A DNA stretch of 40,591 nucleotides, taken from positions 1-40,591 of the forward strand of contig JBIIJS010000001.1 in NCBI GenBank assembly GCA_044233605.1, written 5' to 3'. Within the stretch, counting starts at the first letter, position 1. The number at the start of each line of letters is the position of its first letter. Source of the stretch: Cyanobium sp. Its GTDB lineage: Bacteria > Cyanobacteriota > Cyanobacteriia > PCC-6307 > Cyanobiaceae. The notes below the pieces were generated by a model, which was not told where the DNA came from, did no database searches, and saw only the letters and a list, made by a program, of their open reading frames with translations. The position numbers and the translations under genes were made by a program. Positions 26,218 to 36,983 of the stretch are shown one piece after another.

Positions 26218-27075
26218 ATGGACCTCCTTGCCGCGGCTGCTCCGGCTGCGCCGGCTCCTGCCGCTGTCGTTGCCAACCCTTCCTTGCTGGCGCCGATTTT
26301 GGTGCCGTTTCTGTTTAAGCTCGCCGGTGCGATCGCCCTATGGATCGTCGGCACCTGGCTGATCCGCTTCGCGCTCCGAATCCTGCGCCGCAGCTTCAAC
26401 CAGGGCAAGCTCGATCCCGCCCTGATCGGCTTTCTGCTCAACATCATCGGCGCCATGCTGCGCGTGGTGCTGGCGGTGGCGATCCTCGGCTTCTTCGGCA
26501 TCCAGACCACCAGTTTCGCGGCCCTGCTCGCCGGTGCAGGCTTGGCCATCGGCGCCGCCTGGAGCGGCATGCTCGGCAACTTCGCCGCCGGTGTGTTCCT
26601 GCAGGTGTTCCGGCCGGTGAGTGCGGGTGACTTCGTCACTGCCGGTGGCGTCACTGGCACGGTGGAGGAGATCGGCATGTTCGTCACCTCCGTGCTCGCT
26701 CCCGACAACGTTCGCAATATCGTGCCGAACGGCAAATTCTTCGGCGACACCATCGTCAATTACTCCACTCATCCCTTCCGCCGGGTGGAGCTTGAAGCCC
26801 AGCTCGACAGCAGCGCAGACGTGGGCAAGGCCATCAGCCTGCTTAAGGAAGCGGTGAAGGCCGTGCCGAATCAATATCCCGGCAAGCCTGCTGATGTGGA
26901 ACTGCTCACCTTCACCGAGCGCGGCCCTCGTCTGGCGGTGCGCCCCTACACCCACACCGACCATTACTGGCAGGTGTATTTCGACACCAACAGGATGATC
27001 GCCGACACCCTCAGCGGGGCTGGTTTCCCCGTTCCCAGCATTCCGGTGCAGATGGCTCAGCCCGGCAAGAACTGA
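26218..27075 (+). CDS. mscS: Small-conductance mechanosensitive channel (start uncertain, several ATGs 26173-26218)
   Basis: GIQTTSFAALLAGAGLAIG, NFAAG, GTVEEIGMFVT, IVPNG, IVNYS...RRVEL. Confidence 0.92.
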   Translation: MDLLAAAAPAAPAPAAVVANPSLLAPILVPFLFKLAGAIALWIVGTWLIRFALRILRRSFNQGKLDPALIGFLLNIIGAMLRVVLAVAILGFFGIQTTSFAALLAGAGLAIGAAWSGMLGNFAAGVFLQVFRPVSAGDFVTAGGVTGTVEEIGMFVTSVLAPDNVRNIVPNGKFFGDTIVNYSTHPFRRVELEAQLDSSADVGKAISLLKEAVKAVPNQYPGKPADVELLTFTERGPRLAVRPYTHTDHYWQVYFDTNRMIADTLSGAGFPVPSIPVQMAQPGKN

Positions 27076-27105
27076 AAACCATCTTTCTTGCTGTCTTTCA
27101 CGGGG

Positions 27106-30100
27106 TCAGCCTTCGCTGACCCCTTCAATCCGGTCTTCGATCTGCTGGTATAGCTCCTGCAGCTGCTGGATATTCTCATCGGATGTTTCCCAATAGCCGC
27201 GACCGTGAACCTCCAGCAGGGTTCCAACGATGCGGCGGAAGCTGTGGGGATTGAGATCCATCAGCCGCTGGCGCATCTCGGGGTCGTTGATGAAGGTGTC
27301 GTTGGCCTCCTCGTAGACGAAGTTGTCGACAGCGCCGCTGGTGGCACTCCAGCCGAGGGTGAAGTTGAGCCGCTTGGCCACTTCGCGCACCCCTTCGTAA
27401 CCCGAGTTGAGCATGCCCTCGTACCACTTGGGATTGAGCAGCTTGGTGCGCGAATCCAGGCGGATGGTTTCGCTCAGCGAGCGCACCTGGGCGTTGGCAG
27501 TGGTGGTGTCGGCGATATAGCTGGAGGGGGTCTTACCATCATCGCGCAGATTGGCGATCAACTTGGTGGGGTCGCTGTCGAAATAATGGCTCACATCGGT
27601 GAGTGAGATTTCCGCTGAGTCGAGGTTTTGGAAGGTGACATCGGCGGTCTTCATGGCCGATTCGAACACCTCGCGATTCTGATTCATCTCGCCGGGGTTG
27701 TCGGCATTGAAGGCGAAGGTTTTGCGGGAGAGGTACATCTCCTGCAGTTCGTTCTCCTCCTCCCAGCTGCTGTTTTCCACCGCCAGGTTCACGTTGGAGC
27801 TATAGCTGCCGCTGGCATTGGAGAACACGCGCGTGGCGGCATCGCGGAGGCTGATGCCCTGCTGCTCCGCCTGCTCGCGGGCGTGCCTGCGTACGAAGTT
27901 CATCTCTTCCGGCTCGTCGGCCTCGGCGGCCATCTTCACGCCTTGGTCGATCAGGCCCATCTGGTTGATGAACAGGTCGCGGAAGACGCCCGAGCAGTTG
28001 ACCACCACGTCGATGCGGGGTCGGCCGAGCTCCTCGAGCGGGATCAGCTCCAGCTTGTTGACGCGCCCCAGCGAATCGGGCATCGGGCGCACGCCGATGA
28101 ACCAGAGAATCTGGGCCAGGGATTCGCCGTAGGTCTTGATGTTGTCGGTGCCCCAGAGCACGCAGGCGATGGTTTCAGGCCAGGCACCTTGCTCCGCTTT
28201 CTGGCGCTCGATCAGCTTGTCGACCACCCCCTTGGCGGCAGCGATGGCGGCCCGGGTGGGAATCGCCTGGGGATCAAGGGCGTGGATGTTCTTGCCGCTG
28301 GGCAGCACGCCAGGGTTTCTGATCGGATCGCCACCGGGGCCGGGCAACACGTATTCACCGTCGAGGGCCTTGAGCAGACTCTCCATTTCCATGTCGGCGC
28401 AGATCTGCTCGAGGCAGAAGCGCAGATAGGCGAACTGCTGATCCAGGGCGGCCTGATCCACCGCGGCGAAACCGGCGGTGCGGCAGGCGGCCAGCCAGGG
28501 GCTGGGCAGCCGCAGGCCGAAGCGCTCCAGCAGCTCGAACAGCCAGCCGAAGTTGCGGCGCAGGCTCACCCGGCCGTCGCTGCCGGTCACGGAGCGCACC
28601 ATGGCGCCCACGGCGGCGCGGCAGGTTTCGGTGATGCGGCGGTTGAGTTCCACATCGGCGAGCACGCCCTCATCGTTGCCCTGGTACACCTCGGCGATCG
28701 TGCGCCCCAGGCTCTCGGCCAGAAGGCCCGGCAGCGAGCGGATGCCCTCTTCCTCGCGCTCCAGCGCCGCGATGTTCACCAGGGTGGCGATCGCCTCCTC
28801 GGCGGTGGGGGGCTTGCCGATTGTGTGCAGGCCACAGGGCAGCAGCCGGCTCTCGATCTCCATCAGCTGGCGATACACCGCGCCGATCACCCCATCGCGT
28901 GCGTCGAGATCGAGCTCGGCGGCGTCGACCTCCGGCAGCACCACGTCTTTGTCGAGGTTGCACTGGCGCGCGGTTTCCACCACCGCGTTCACGATCTGCA
29001 CGCCGCGGGAGCCCTCCCGCAGCTGCTGGTAGCTGCCCACCAGCTCACCGAGTTCCTTGAGGCCCTTGTAGAGGCCCGCGTTTTCGGCAGGCGGCGTGAG
29101 GTAGGAGATCGTTTCGGCGTAGCCGCGCCGCTTGGCGATCGTGGCTTCGCTTGGGTTATTGGCGGCGTAGTAGTAGAGGTTGGGGAGGGCGCCGATCAGC
29201 GAATCGGGGTAGCAGGTTTCGCTCATGCCCATCTGCTTGCCGGGCATGAACTCCAAGGAGCCATGGGTGCCGAAGTGCAGCACTGCATCGGCACCCCACA
29301 CCTTCTCGAGGTAGGTGTAGTAGGCAGCAAAGCCGTGATGGGGGCTGGCACTGCGGGAATAGAGCAGCCGCATCGGGTCGCCCTCATAGCCAAACGTGGG
29401 CTGCACCCCCACAAACACGTTGCCGAAATGGCGGCCGTAGATCAGCAGATTGGTGCCATCGCTGTTGAGGTTGCCGGGGGGCTTGCCCCAGTTTTCTTCG
29501 AGGCGCCCGGAATAGGGGGTGAGCCGCTCGTACTCCGCCACGCTCATGCGGTGGGCAATCGCCAGCTCAGGCGAGCCCTCCATGGCTTCGGGATCCTTGA
29601 GCACCGCCTCCATCAGCTCCTTGCTGGAGCGGGGCAGGCCGCTCACGTCATACCCTTTGGCGCGCATTTCCTCCATCACCCGGTGGATGGAGCCGAAGAC
29701 ATCCAGATAGGCGGCGGTGCCGACGTTGCCCTTGTCGGGGGGAAAGCTGAAGACGGTGATCGCCAGCTTCTTCACTGCCCGGGGCTTGACCCGCAGCGAA
29801 GACCAGCGGATGGCGCGCTCAGCGATCGCCTCCACCCGGTCCTGCAGGGTATGGGCCTTACCGGTGGCGTCGTCGCGGCCGCTCAGCACGATCGGCTCGA
29901 TTGCGCCATCGAGCTCGGGAATGGCGATCTGAAGGGCCACCTGAACCGGATGCAGGCCAAGGTCGCTCTCCTCCCACTCCTGGGTGGTCTGGAACACCAG
30001 CGGCAGGGCCACCATGTAGGGACGGTTGAGCTTTTTCAGCACCTCAATCGCCTTCGGGTGGTCTTGACGGGCCGGGCCGCCCACCAGGGCGAAGCCGGTG

Positions 30101-31119
30101 AGGCTCACCACCCCATCCACCAGCGGCACCTCAGGATTGAGCGGGTCGTAGAAGAAGGCGTTCACCGGCTTGGTGAAATCGAGGCCGCCACAGAACACAG
30201 GGATCACCGTGGCACCCCGATATTCCATTTCCTGAATCACGGCCACGTAGTGGGCTTCATCGCCGGTCACGATGTGGCTGCGCTGCAGCACCAGACCGAT
30301 CACCGGACCCTTGCGAGCTTTCTCGCTCAGGTCTTTGCGGCTGCCGTTCCAGTTCAGGTACTCCTTGAGGTCCTCGAACATCGTGGGGGCCAGCGGATGC
30401 CAGATGCCCAGATCCGGGAACGTGACGGGATCGGCCACCTGCAACTCAGGACGATCGGCGTTGCCCTCGCCATGGCGGGGGAACACATACTTGTCAGCCA
30501 GCATCAACAGGAAGTTCCTGAGGTTGTCGGGAGTGCCTCCCAGCCAATACTGGAAGCTGAGCATGAACGAGCGGGCGTCCTGCGCCTTCTCGACAGGTAA
30601 ATACTTAAGAACCGTGGGCAGGGTGTTGAGCAGCTTGAGCATGGCGTCCTGGAAGCCGGCTCCATTGGCTTCCTTGCGTTTGCGCATGAACTGGGCGATG
30701 GCGCTCTTGCTCTGGCCCAGCTGAGCCATCGAGAAGCTGCCGAGCTTGTTGAGCCGCATCACCTCCGGCATGGAGGGAAATACAACGGCCGCCTTCAGAC
30801 GGTCACGGTGGGGGGCCACCGCCTCGACAACCTTCTGGGCCAGGTCTTCGATGAAGATCAGCGAGGCGATGAATACATCCGCCTCAGCCACGTCGGAGCA
30901 GAAGTCGGCGTAGTTGGCCGGGTCGCGCAGCTCCTCGATCAGGTAGCCACACAGATCAATGGCAAGTGGGCCGTTCTGCTCGTTGAGGCTGGTGGCTGCC
31001 TGGGTAAGGGCGTTCTGGTACTGGGGCTCGAGCACCACGTACACCGCCTTCATCACCGCCCTTCCGTTCACGTCGCCGGGGGTGACACGGCGGTTGGCGG
31101 AGCGGACCTGGGTGAACAT
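27106..31119 (-). CDS. chlH: Magnesium chelatase subunit H
   Basis: 1337 aa; [54 protein letters not shown]. Confidence 0.99.
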   Translation of the reverse strand: MFTQVRSANRRVTPGDVNGRAVMKAVYVVLEPQYQNALTQAATSLNEQNGPLAIDLCGYLIEELRDPANYADFCSDVAEADVFIASLIFIEDLAQKVVEAVAPHRDRLKAAVVFPSMPEVMRLNKLGSFSMAQLGQSKSAIAQFMRKRKEANGAGFQDAMLKLLNTLPTVLKYLPVEKAQDARSFMLSFQYWLGGTPDNLRNFLLMLADKYVFPRHGEGNADRPELQVADPVTFPDLGIWHPLAPTMFEDLKEYLNWNGSRKDLSEKARKGPVIGLVLQRSHIVTGDEAHYVAVIQEMEYRGATVIPVFCGGLDFTKPVNAFFYDPLNPEVPLVDGVVSLTGFALVGGPARQDHPKAIEVLKKLNRPYMVALPLVFQTTQEWEESDLGLHPVQVALQIAIPELDGAIEPIVLSGRDDATGKAHTLQDRVEAIAERAIRWSSLRVKPRAVKKLAITVFSFPPDKGNVGTAAYLDVFGSIHRVMEEMRAKGYDVSGLPRSSKELMEAVLKDPEAMEGSPELAIAHRMSVAEYERLTPYSGRLEENWGKPPGNLNSDGTNLLIYGRHFGNVFVGVQPTFGYEGDPMRLLYSRSASPHHGFAAYYTYLEKVWGADAVLHFGTHGSLEFMPGKQMGMSETCYPDSLIGALPNLYYYAANNPSEATIAKRRGYAETISYLTPPAENAGLYKGLKELGELVGSYQQLREGSRGVQIVNAVVETARQCNLDKDVVLPEVDAAELDLDARDGVIGAVYRQLMEIESRLLPCGLHTIGKPPTAEEAIATLVNIAALEREEEGIRSLPGLLAESLGRTIAEVYQGNDEGVLADVELNRRITETCRAAVGAMVRSVTGSDGRVSLRRNFGWLFELLERFGLRLPSPWLAACRTAGFAAVDQAALDQQFAYLRFCLEQICADMEMESLLKALDGEYVLPGPGGDPIRNPGVLPSGKNIHALDPQAIPTRAAIAAAKGVVDKLIERQKAEQGAWPETIACVLWGTDNIKTYGESLAQILWFIGVRPMPDSLGRVNKLELIPLEELGRPRIDVVVNCSGVFRDLFINQMGLIDQGVKMAAEADEPEEMNFVRRHAREQAEQQGISLRDAATRVFSNASGSYSSNVNLAVENSSWEEENELQEMYLSRKTFAFNADNPGEMNQNREVFESAMKTADVTFQNLDSAEISLTDVSHYFDSDPTKLIANLRDDGKTPSSYIADTTTANAQVRSLSETIRLDSRTKLLNPKWYEGMLNSGYEGVREVAKRLNFTLGWSATSGAVDNFVYEEANDTFINDPEMRQRLMDLNPHSFRRIVGTLLEVHGRGYWETSDENIQQLQELYQQIEDRIEGVSEG

Positions 31120-31202
31120 GCGGGCAAACGGGGCTTGGACTGAGCCTACGGTCGGCCGATGCTCACTGCGACCGCCCGTAGCCCAGACCTCTGAGCAGTG
31201 GC

Positions 31203-31331
31203 TCAGTCATGGATGATGCCGCCCATCACCCGTGGTTGGCCCAGGTGCCGAGCCAGTACCCCCAGAAGCTGGGCGGTGGCGATCACCACCGCCACCGCCA
31301 GCAGAGCCTGCCCGAGGGAAGTGATGCCCAT
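31203..31331 (-). pseudogene. 42-aa ORF resembling the first TM helix of a CPA2-type cation/H+ antiporter (remnant or small protein)
   Basis: Manual translation: [42 protein letters not shown]; LG.LA..LGQP.V.G is typical of CPA2 N-termini. Confidence 0.6.
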
Positions 31332-31389
31332 GGCTGATCGGTCGGATGTGGTCCCTCATAGGCTCGCTGCAGCTCTGCTGGCCAGTGGC

Positions 31390-32256
31390 ATGACCGCCGC
31401 CCACGCTGCCTCTGATTCCATCCGCCCGATTCCCGTGGTGGTGGCCGGCGCCCTTGGCCGCATGGGCTCCGAAGTGGTGAAGGCCGTGAACGCAGCCCCC
31501 GACTGCATGCTGGTGGCCGCGATCGACAACACCCCCGGCAAGCAGGGTGCCGATGTGGGCCTGGAGCTGGGGCTGGATGCCATGGAGGTGGAGATCACCG
31601 ACGACTTTGAGGGCACGCTCTGTCAGGCCAGCCAGGCGGTGCGCGATGCCGGTCCCGGCCAGGGGGCCGTGCTCGTGGACTTCACCCACCCAAACGTGGT
31701 GTACGGGCACTGCCGCGGCGCCATCGCCTACGGCGTGCACCCTGTGATCGGCACCACCGGTCTGGGCCCGGAGCAGCTGGCTGATCTGGCAGGCTTCGCG
31801 GCCAAGGCCTCGATCGGCGGGGCCGTCATCCCCAATTTCTCAGTGGGTATGGTGCTGCTGCAGCAGGCCGCTGCCGCCGCCGCCCGTTTCTACGACTACG
31901 CCGAGCTCACCGAGCTGCACCACAACCGCAAGGCCGACGCCCCCAGCGGCACCTGCATCAAGACGGCTGAACTGATCGAGGAGCTGGGCAAATCATTCAA
32001 CCCAGAGCAGGTGGAGGAGCACGAATCCTTGCCAGGGTGCCGGGGCGGCCGGCGCGAGAGCGGCTTGCGTCTGCATTCGGTGCGCCTGCCGGGGTTGGTG
32101 GCCCACCAGGAGGTGATGTTCGGTGCACCGGGCGAGACCTACACCCTGCGGCACGACACGATCGATCGCAGCGCGTACATGCCCGGCGTGCTGCTCACCG
32201 TGCGGCGGGTGCGTGCTCTGCAGGGTCTCGTCTACGGGTTGGAGCGGCTGCTGTGA
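31390..32256 (+). CDS. dapB: 4-hydroxy-tetrahydrodipicolinate reductase
   Basis: [41 protein letters not shown]. Confidence 0.98.
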   Translation: MTAAHAASDSIRPIPVVVAGALGRMGSEVVKAVNAAPDCMLVAAIDNTPGKQGADVGLELGLDAMEVEITDDFEGTLCQASQAVRDAGPGQGAVLVDFTHPNVVYGHCRGAIAYGVHPVIGTTGLGPEQLADLAGFAAKASIGGAVIPNFSVGMVLLQQAAAAAARFYDYAELTELHHNRKADAPSGTCIKTAELIEELGKSFNPEQVEEHESLPGCRGGRRESGLRLHSVRLPGLVAHQEVMFGAPGETYTLRHDTIDRSAYMPGVLLTVRRVRALQGLVYGLERLL

Positions 32257-32292
32257 TGGCTGCTCCCAACCTGGTTCGTTGATCCTGGAGCG

Positions 32293-32940
32293 ATGCTGAT
32301 TCCGGTTTCCCCAGCAGAGTTCAACCGACTGATCCCGCCTGTGGCCACCGGACCACAGTTCAACGCCTGCAGCAACGATCCGCGCAAGCTGCTGCAGCGG
32401 GTGCTGATCTCGGTGATCGGCGGGGTGCTCACCCTGCTGGTGAGTCAGACCCTGGCCTTCAACAGCCGCTTCTCCTCGCTGTGGCTGGTGTCCGGGGTGG
32501 TGCTGGTGCTTTACATCCTCTGGGGTCCGATTCTGGAGGCCTCGCGCCGCAACTCTGCCCTGCGCCGTTATCCGGCAGCGGCGATCTTCGAGGGGAGCGT
32601 GGCCGACCTGTTCACCCGTGAGGTGGTGGAGGAGCGGCGCGAGCAGGCCGACCGCAGCGGCAGACTGGAGCTGGTGGAGAACCGCCGCACCTGGCTGTGC
32701 CTCGAACTGGAAGACGAGGACGGCTACCTGGGCCAGGTGCGCTTTCAGTTCGAGAAGAAACACCAGGTGATTCGTCGGGGCATGGTGGTGCGCTGCCTGG
32801 TGCTGAGCGAGCGGCGCGACTTTGCCCGCATCGGCGCTCTCAGCGACGCCTGGCTGCCCCAGCCGAAGCTGTGGGTGGGGGAATACCCGTACCTGTTGCG
32901 GCCTGCCTTTGAGGAACTGTGCCTGCGTCGACTGCGCTGA
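32293..32940 (+). CDS. Conserved cyanobacterial membrane protein of unknown function
   Basis: [11 protein letters not shown], two TM helices, [23 protein letters not shown]; host-like codon usage. Confidence 0.8.
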   Translation: MLIPVSPAEFNRLIPPVATGPQFNACSNDPRKLLQRVLISVIGGVLTLLVSQTLAFNSRFSSLWLVSGVVLVLYILWGPILEASRRNSALRRYPAAAIFEGSVADLFTREVVEERREQADRSGRLELVENRRTWLCLELEDEDGYLGQVRFQFEKKHQVIRRGMVVRCLVLSERRDFARIGALSDAWLPQPKLWVGEYPYLLRPAFEELCLRRLR

Positions 32941-33006
32941 AACCCCTGCCGCCACTGGGATGGGCGCCCCTGTGCTGCCCCGGCCGATCGCATGGGCCCA
33001 AGGATC

Positions 33007-33024
33007 GCAACATTGCGTTACAGT
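33007..33024 (+). promoter_or_regulatory. HLR1-like (RpaB) direct repeat upstream of hli
   Basis: GCAACATT-GC-GTTACAGT versus consensus (G/T)TTACA(T/A)(T/A)-N2-repeat; RBS AAAGGAG at 33041-33047. Confidence 0.55.
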
Positions 33025-33055
33025 TGCTGCATCAGAACTCAAAGGAGCCTCTCCC

Positions 33056-33298
33056 ATGACCCAAGCCACTTCCACCATCCGCGGCGCCCAGGTGACCACC
33101 GAAGACGGCGGTCGTCTCAACGCCTTCGCCACCGAGCCCCGCATGGAAGTCGTAAGTGCAGAGCGCGGCTGGGGCTTCCACGAGCGCGCTGAGAAGCTCA
33201 ATGGCCGCATGGCCATGCTCGGCTTCATCGCCCTGCTCGCCACTGAATTCGCCCTTGGCGGTGAAGCCTTCACCCGCGGTCTGCTCGGTATCGGCTGA
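33056..33298 (+). CDS. hli: High-light-inducible protein (Hlip/SCP)
   Basis: [15 protein letters not shown] and [13 protein letters not shown] chlorophyll-binding motif; strong RBS. Confidence 0.96.
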   Translation: MTQATSTIRGAQVTTEDGGRLNAFATEPRMEVVSAERGWGFHERAEKLNGRMAMLGFIALLATEFALGGEAFTRGLLGIG

Positions 33299-33334
33299 GC
33301 CCACGCTCCAGCGGCGGGATCATCCCGCCCGAAG

Positions 33335-33361
33335 CCGCAGCAGATTCTGCTGCGGTTTTTT
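33335..33361 (+). terminator. Rho-independent terminator of hli
   Basis: CCGCAGCAG-ATT-CTGCTGCGG followed by T6. Confidence 0.88.
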
Positions 33362-33421
33362 GTTGGCAGGCTGCCGGCAGACCCGATTGCCTCCCCGCTC
33401 CCCGTCCCCGCCCGTTAAGCG

Positions 33422-34606
33422 ATGACCGCCCCGTTGCTCGCCCGGGTTGTGGGCGCCGGTCCCACTGGCGCCCTGGCAGCCCTGGCCCTGGCCCATGCCG
33501 GCTGGAGGGTGCTGCTGAGCGATCCACTCAGCCGCCCCGCCCTGCTGGGGCGCAGCCGCGCCTACGCCCTCAACCATTCCAGTCGCCGTCTGCTGCGTCG
33601 CCTGGGGCTCTGGGACGACCTGCAACCGCATTTCGTCCCCTTTCGTCAGCTGCAACTGCACGACCTGGGCAGCGGCGCCGACACCGCCTTCACCAGCTCG
33701 GATCTGGGTCCGCCTCTGGAAGCAGCGGCCGCCGGCTGCCTCGGCTGGATCGCTCTGCACCGTCCGCTGATGGAGGAGCTGCTGCAGCGCCTGACGGCTG
33801 AGCCGGCGGTGACTCTGGCGCTGGGTGACAGCCCGGACACCACCGCCGGGCCGGTCTCTCAAAGCGGTCCGGCGGCCGACCTGGTGGTGGCGGCCGATGG
33901 TCCCGCCTCTCCCACCCGTACCGCTCTCGGCATTGGTCAGTGGCGCTGGCCCTATCGTCAGGCCTGCCTCACGGTGCAGGCGGAGCTGCGCGGTGCCCGC
34001 CCTGATGAGGCCTGGGAACTGCTGCGCCCGGAGGGCCCCTTCGCCGTGTTGCCGCTCGGGCCTCGGCGGACCCAGCTGGTGTGGAGCGCTCCGGCGGAGC
34101 GTTGCCGCCGGCTGGAGTCTCTTCCCGCACCTGCCTTCCTCGACCGCCTCGCCGCGGCCCTGCCGGACAGCCTCCAGCCCGATGCCCTGCTCGATCAGCC
34201 CCGAGCCTTTCCGGTGGCCCTCGAACTGGCACGGCGCCTGCATCGCGGCTCCACCGTGCTGGTGGGCGAGAGCGCCCACCGCTGTCATCCGGTGGGAGGT
34301 CAGGGGCTGAATCTGTGCTGGCGTGATGTCGAGGTGCTGGAGCGTCTCGCCCACCGCGCCGCCCGGGGCCGGCTGGCGCCGCACCGGTTGGCCGCCGCCT
34401 ATGCCCGGCGCCGTTGGCCCGACTTGCTGCTCACCCTGCTGGCCACCGACCTGCTGGTGCGCCTGTTCTCCAACCGACAGCCGCTTCTGCTGCCGCTGCG
34501 GCGCCTGGCCCTGGCCCTGCTCGGGGCCAGCGGGCCGCTGCGGCGGCTGGCGCTCGGCGCGATGACCCACGGTCCTTGCCGGCCCCTGGCGGCGACGGCA
34601 GAGTGA
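33422..34606 (+). CDS. ubiH: UbiH/COQ6-family FAD-dependent hydroxylase
   Basis: VGAGPTG, RAYAL, LVVAADG, GPFAVLPL, LVGESAHRCHPVGGQGLNL. Confidence 0.85.
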   Translation: MTAPLLARVVGAGPTGALAALALAHAGWRVLLSDPLSRPALLGRSRAYALNHSSRRLLRRLGLWDDLQPHFVPFRQLQLHDLGSGADTAFTSSDLGPPLEAAAAGCLGWIALHRPLMEELLQRLTAEPAVTLALGDSPDTTAGPVSQSGPAADLVVAADGPASPTRTALGIGQWRWPYRQACLTVQAELRGARPDEAWELLRPEGPFAVLPLGPRRTQLVWSAPAERCRRLESLPAPAFLDRLAAALPDSLQPDALLDQPRAFPVALELARRLHRGSTVLVGESAHRCHPVGGQGLNLCWRDVEVLERLAHRAARGRLAPHRLAAAYARRRWPDLLLTLLATDLLVRLFSNRQPLLLPLRRLALALLGASGPLRRLALGAMTHGPCRPLAATAE

Positions 34607-34644
34607 ATCACCTGGTGTCCGGTTCCACCGGCCCTTTGCTCGCC

Positions 34645-34857
34645 ATGGTGATCAGCAACTCGCCCCAGCCGCCTCCCTCGGAGGGCCTGTTGCGTTATCT
34701 GCGCTCCACGATCGGGCTGGGGGAGAGTGCCCTGGCCCTGGGCTTGCGGCAGTCGCAGCAGGAGCAGGCACCTCTGCCGGTGGTGCTGTGGCGTTTCGGT
34801 CTGATCAGCCTCGAGCAGCTCGATGATGTGCTGGCCTGGCAGGACCAGAACCTCTGA
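34645..34857 (+). CDS. DUF2949 family protein
   Basis: ALALGLRQSQQEQAPLPVVLWRFGLISLEQLDDVLAW. Confidence 0.85.
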   Translation: MVISNSPQPPPSEGLLRYLRSTIGLGESALALGLRQSQQEQAPLPVVLWRFGLISLEQLDDVLAWQDQNL

Positions 34858-34877
34858 GCAGCTCTGCAGCGGGGCGC

Positions 34878-35414
34878 TCAGTAGGTGATCAGCGATTCCA
34901 CTGGCACTTCAGCGGGAAGTTTCGAGCGTCCGTCGAGGTCGGCCAGCTCGATGACGAAGGCGAAGCCGCACAGGCGCCCGCCCACCCGGTCGACAAGCTG
35001 GCCGGCGGCGCTTGCGGTGCCGCCGGTGGCCAGCAGGTCGTCGACCACCAGCACCCTCGGGTTGGCCTCGAAGCCGTCGGCATGGATCTCCAGCCGGTCG
35101 CTGCCGTATTCGAGGCTGTAATCGATGCCGTGCACCACCGGGGGCAGTTTGCCCGGCTTGCGCACCGGCGAGAAGGGCAGGCCGGCGGCGGTGGCAAGGG
35201 CGGTGCCCACAATGAAGCCGCGCGATTCGATGCCCACGATCATGTCGGGCTCCAGACGCTCGGTCAGCTGCTGCAAGCGTTTCAGCATCGCCTGCCAGCC
35301 CACCGGATCGCGCATCATCGGCGTCATGTCGCGAAACAGGATGCCGGGCTTCGGGAAGTCAGGCGTAGCCCGCACCCACTGGCTCAGATCGGGGCTGACG
35401 CTGCTGCTGCTCAT
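34878..35414 (-). CDS. apt: Adenine phosphoribosyltransferase
   Basis: [42 protein letters not shown]. Confidence 0.98.
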   Translation of the reverse strand: MSSSSVSPDLSQWVRATPDFPKPGILFRDMTPMMRDPVGWQAMLKRLQQLTERLEPDMIVGIESRGFIVGTALATAAGLPFSPVRKPGKLPPVVHGIDYSLEYGSDRLEIHADGFEANPRVLVVDDLLATGGTASAAGQLVDRVGGRLCGFAFVIELADLDGRSKLPAEVPVESLITY

Positions 35415-35472
35415 GGCGGGAAGAGGGGCTCGAGGGTGACGGGAGGCCACGACCGCTGGCATCATCGCAGCC

Positions 35473-36039
35473 ATGTCCCAGGCCACTTCCCTCCCCGTGC
35501 CGACCGATGCGTCGGCTCCCGCCGCGTCGAGGCCACTGAGCCGCCGCGGCCTTGAGCGGCTCGATCTCCTGTTGCTCTGCGTCGAGACCCTCGATTACAA
35601 CGGCGGCGAGTCGATGCTGTGGATGGCCCGCCAGCTGGGCTTCGGCGAACTGTTCCCCAACCGGGTCGAGCTCTGGAAGCGGCGTTGCCACAACCCCCTG
35701 CGTCGAAGCTACCGGCGCGGAGCGCTGCAGCCCATCGAGACCGACGCTCTGATCCGCATCGTCTGCGTGATGGCGGAACGGCTGTACCCCATGCTGCGCC
35801 AGTTGCTCTCGTCGGCCGAGCCCGAGGAACTCAGCCGCCAGCGCTGGGAGCTGTTCTCCGCTCGGTTGGCCGAGCTGGTGCGCGAACGCATGAATCCACG
35901 CCGCAGCGGCGTGCAGCAGCTGCTCGACGCGGAGACCGGGGCCGCCTGGCGCCGTCAGCTGATCCGCAGCCTGGCCCTGGCTGCGGGTCACGGCGGCTTC
36001 GAGCGACTGCAGGCCAGCCTGATGGATGCCGACGGTTGA
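35473..36039 (+). CDS. DUF3038 family protein
   Basis: [40 protein letters not shown]. Confidence 0.82.
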   Translation: MSQATSLPVPTDASAPAASRPLSRRGLERLDLLLLCVETLDYNGGESMLWMARQLGFGELFPNRVELWKRRCHNPLRRSYRRGALQPIETDALIRIVCVMAERLYPMLRQLLSSAEPEELSRQRWELFSARLAELVRERMNPRRSGVQQLLDAETGAAWRRQLIRSLALAAGHGGFERLQASLMDADG

Positions 36040-36043
36040 ACGG

Positions 36044-36670
36044 ATGCTGCAGAGTGCCGCGATGAAGAAGACCCTGCAGTTCGATCAGCAGAGCTGTCGC
36101 CTCACGCTCGAGGGCCTGCCGGATCTTTCCGCCGGCCAGTCGTCGGAGGCGATCGGCATCCTCACCGGCTGGAGCCTGGCCTGGGTGGGGCGGGCCGAGG
36201 AGCTGGAGGGTCGCCGCGAACATCTGCAGGCGATCGTGGCGGTGGTGCTGCCCTATGCGCGCCATCTGCTCAGCGGGGTGCCACAGCGTTTCGGCAGCGC
36301 TGAACAACCGGTGGAGATCGGCCCTGAAGGCCAGGGCGCTCACCAGCTGTTGCTGCGCAGCAGCCAGCCCGGTGTGGAGCCGCTGACCCTTCAGCTCGAT
36401 GACGCCGAGCTTGCCGATCTGGTGCGTGTGATCGATCGCCTGCGCCTCGACTCCCGGCTTCAGCTGGCCCTCGACGCCCCTGCCTCCAGGCCGCTGCGGG
36501 CCCGGGAGGTTCAGCAGCGAACGCCGCTGCCCCGCCGTCTCTCGGGGGTGCTTGGAGGTGCCCTGGCCCTCGTCGTTGCCGGCACTGCGGCCCTGCTGTT
36601 GCCCACCCCCCCGCTTCCGAAGGACGGCGACGTCCCTGCCGCCGCGCCCGCCAGGCCCGCGGGCGGTTGA
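36044..36670 (+). CDS. DUF4335 family protein (start 36044 or 36062)
   Basis: SCRLTLEGLPD, LEGRREHL, PYARHLLSG, LDDAELADLVR; C-terminal TM helix. Confidence 0.8.
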   Translation: MLQSAAMKKTLQFDQQSCRLTLEGLPDLSAGQSSEAIGILTGWSLAWVGRAEELEGRREHLQAIVAVVLPYARHLLSGVPQRFGSAEQPVEIGPEGQGAHQLLLRSSQPGVEPLTLQLDDAELADLVRVIDRLRLDSRLQLALDAPASRPLRAREVQQRTPLPRRLSGVLGGALALVVAGTAALLLPTPPLPKDGDVPAAAPARPAGG

Positions 36671-36737
36671 CGCCCGGGCCGGTGGCGATCACTGTGGTGC
36701 ATCTCCGTGGCGACCGCGCAGTGAGCAGGAGGTTGCG

Positions 36738-36983
36738 ATGACGATGACCTGGTCGGATCTGCGCCGTCGGGTGGCCCGTCTCGGTGCGGCCCTGGATGTG
36801 GTGGTGCGCAGCGATCCGGAGGTCTGCGGTCTCAGCGGCGAACGTTTCCACCTCACCCTGCACCACGGCGGCCAGGGCGATTGCACCGTGGAGGATCTCT
36901 CGCTGATCGACTGCCCCAACGAACTGGTGCTGATCGAGTTCGAGCGCTGGATGCGGGGGGCCGGTTACCAGCTCGATCCATGA
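36738..36983 (+). CDS. Hypothetical protein (81 aa)
   Basis: AGGAGG RBS at 36727-36732; host-like codon usage; stop overlaps the next ATG. Confidence 0.75.
   Translation: MTMTWSDLRRRVARLGAALDVVVRSDPEVCGLSGERFHLTLHHGGQGDCTVEDLSLIDCPNELVLIEFERWMRGAGYQLDP

Noticed and set aside
27628-30600. 990-aa plus-strand ORF
   Set aside because: Antisense shadow of chlH produced by high-GC codon bias; no recognisable motifs
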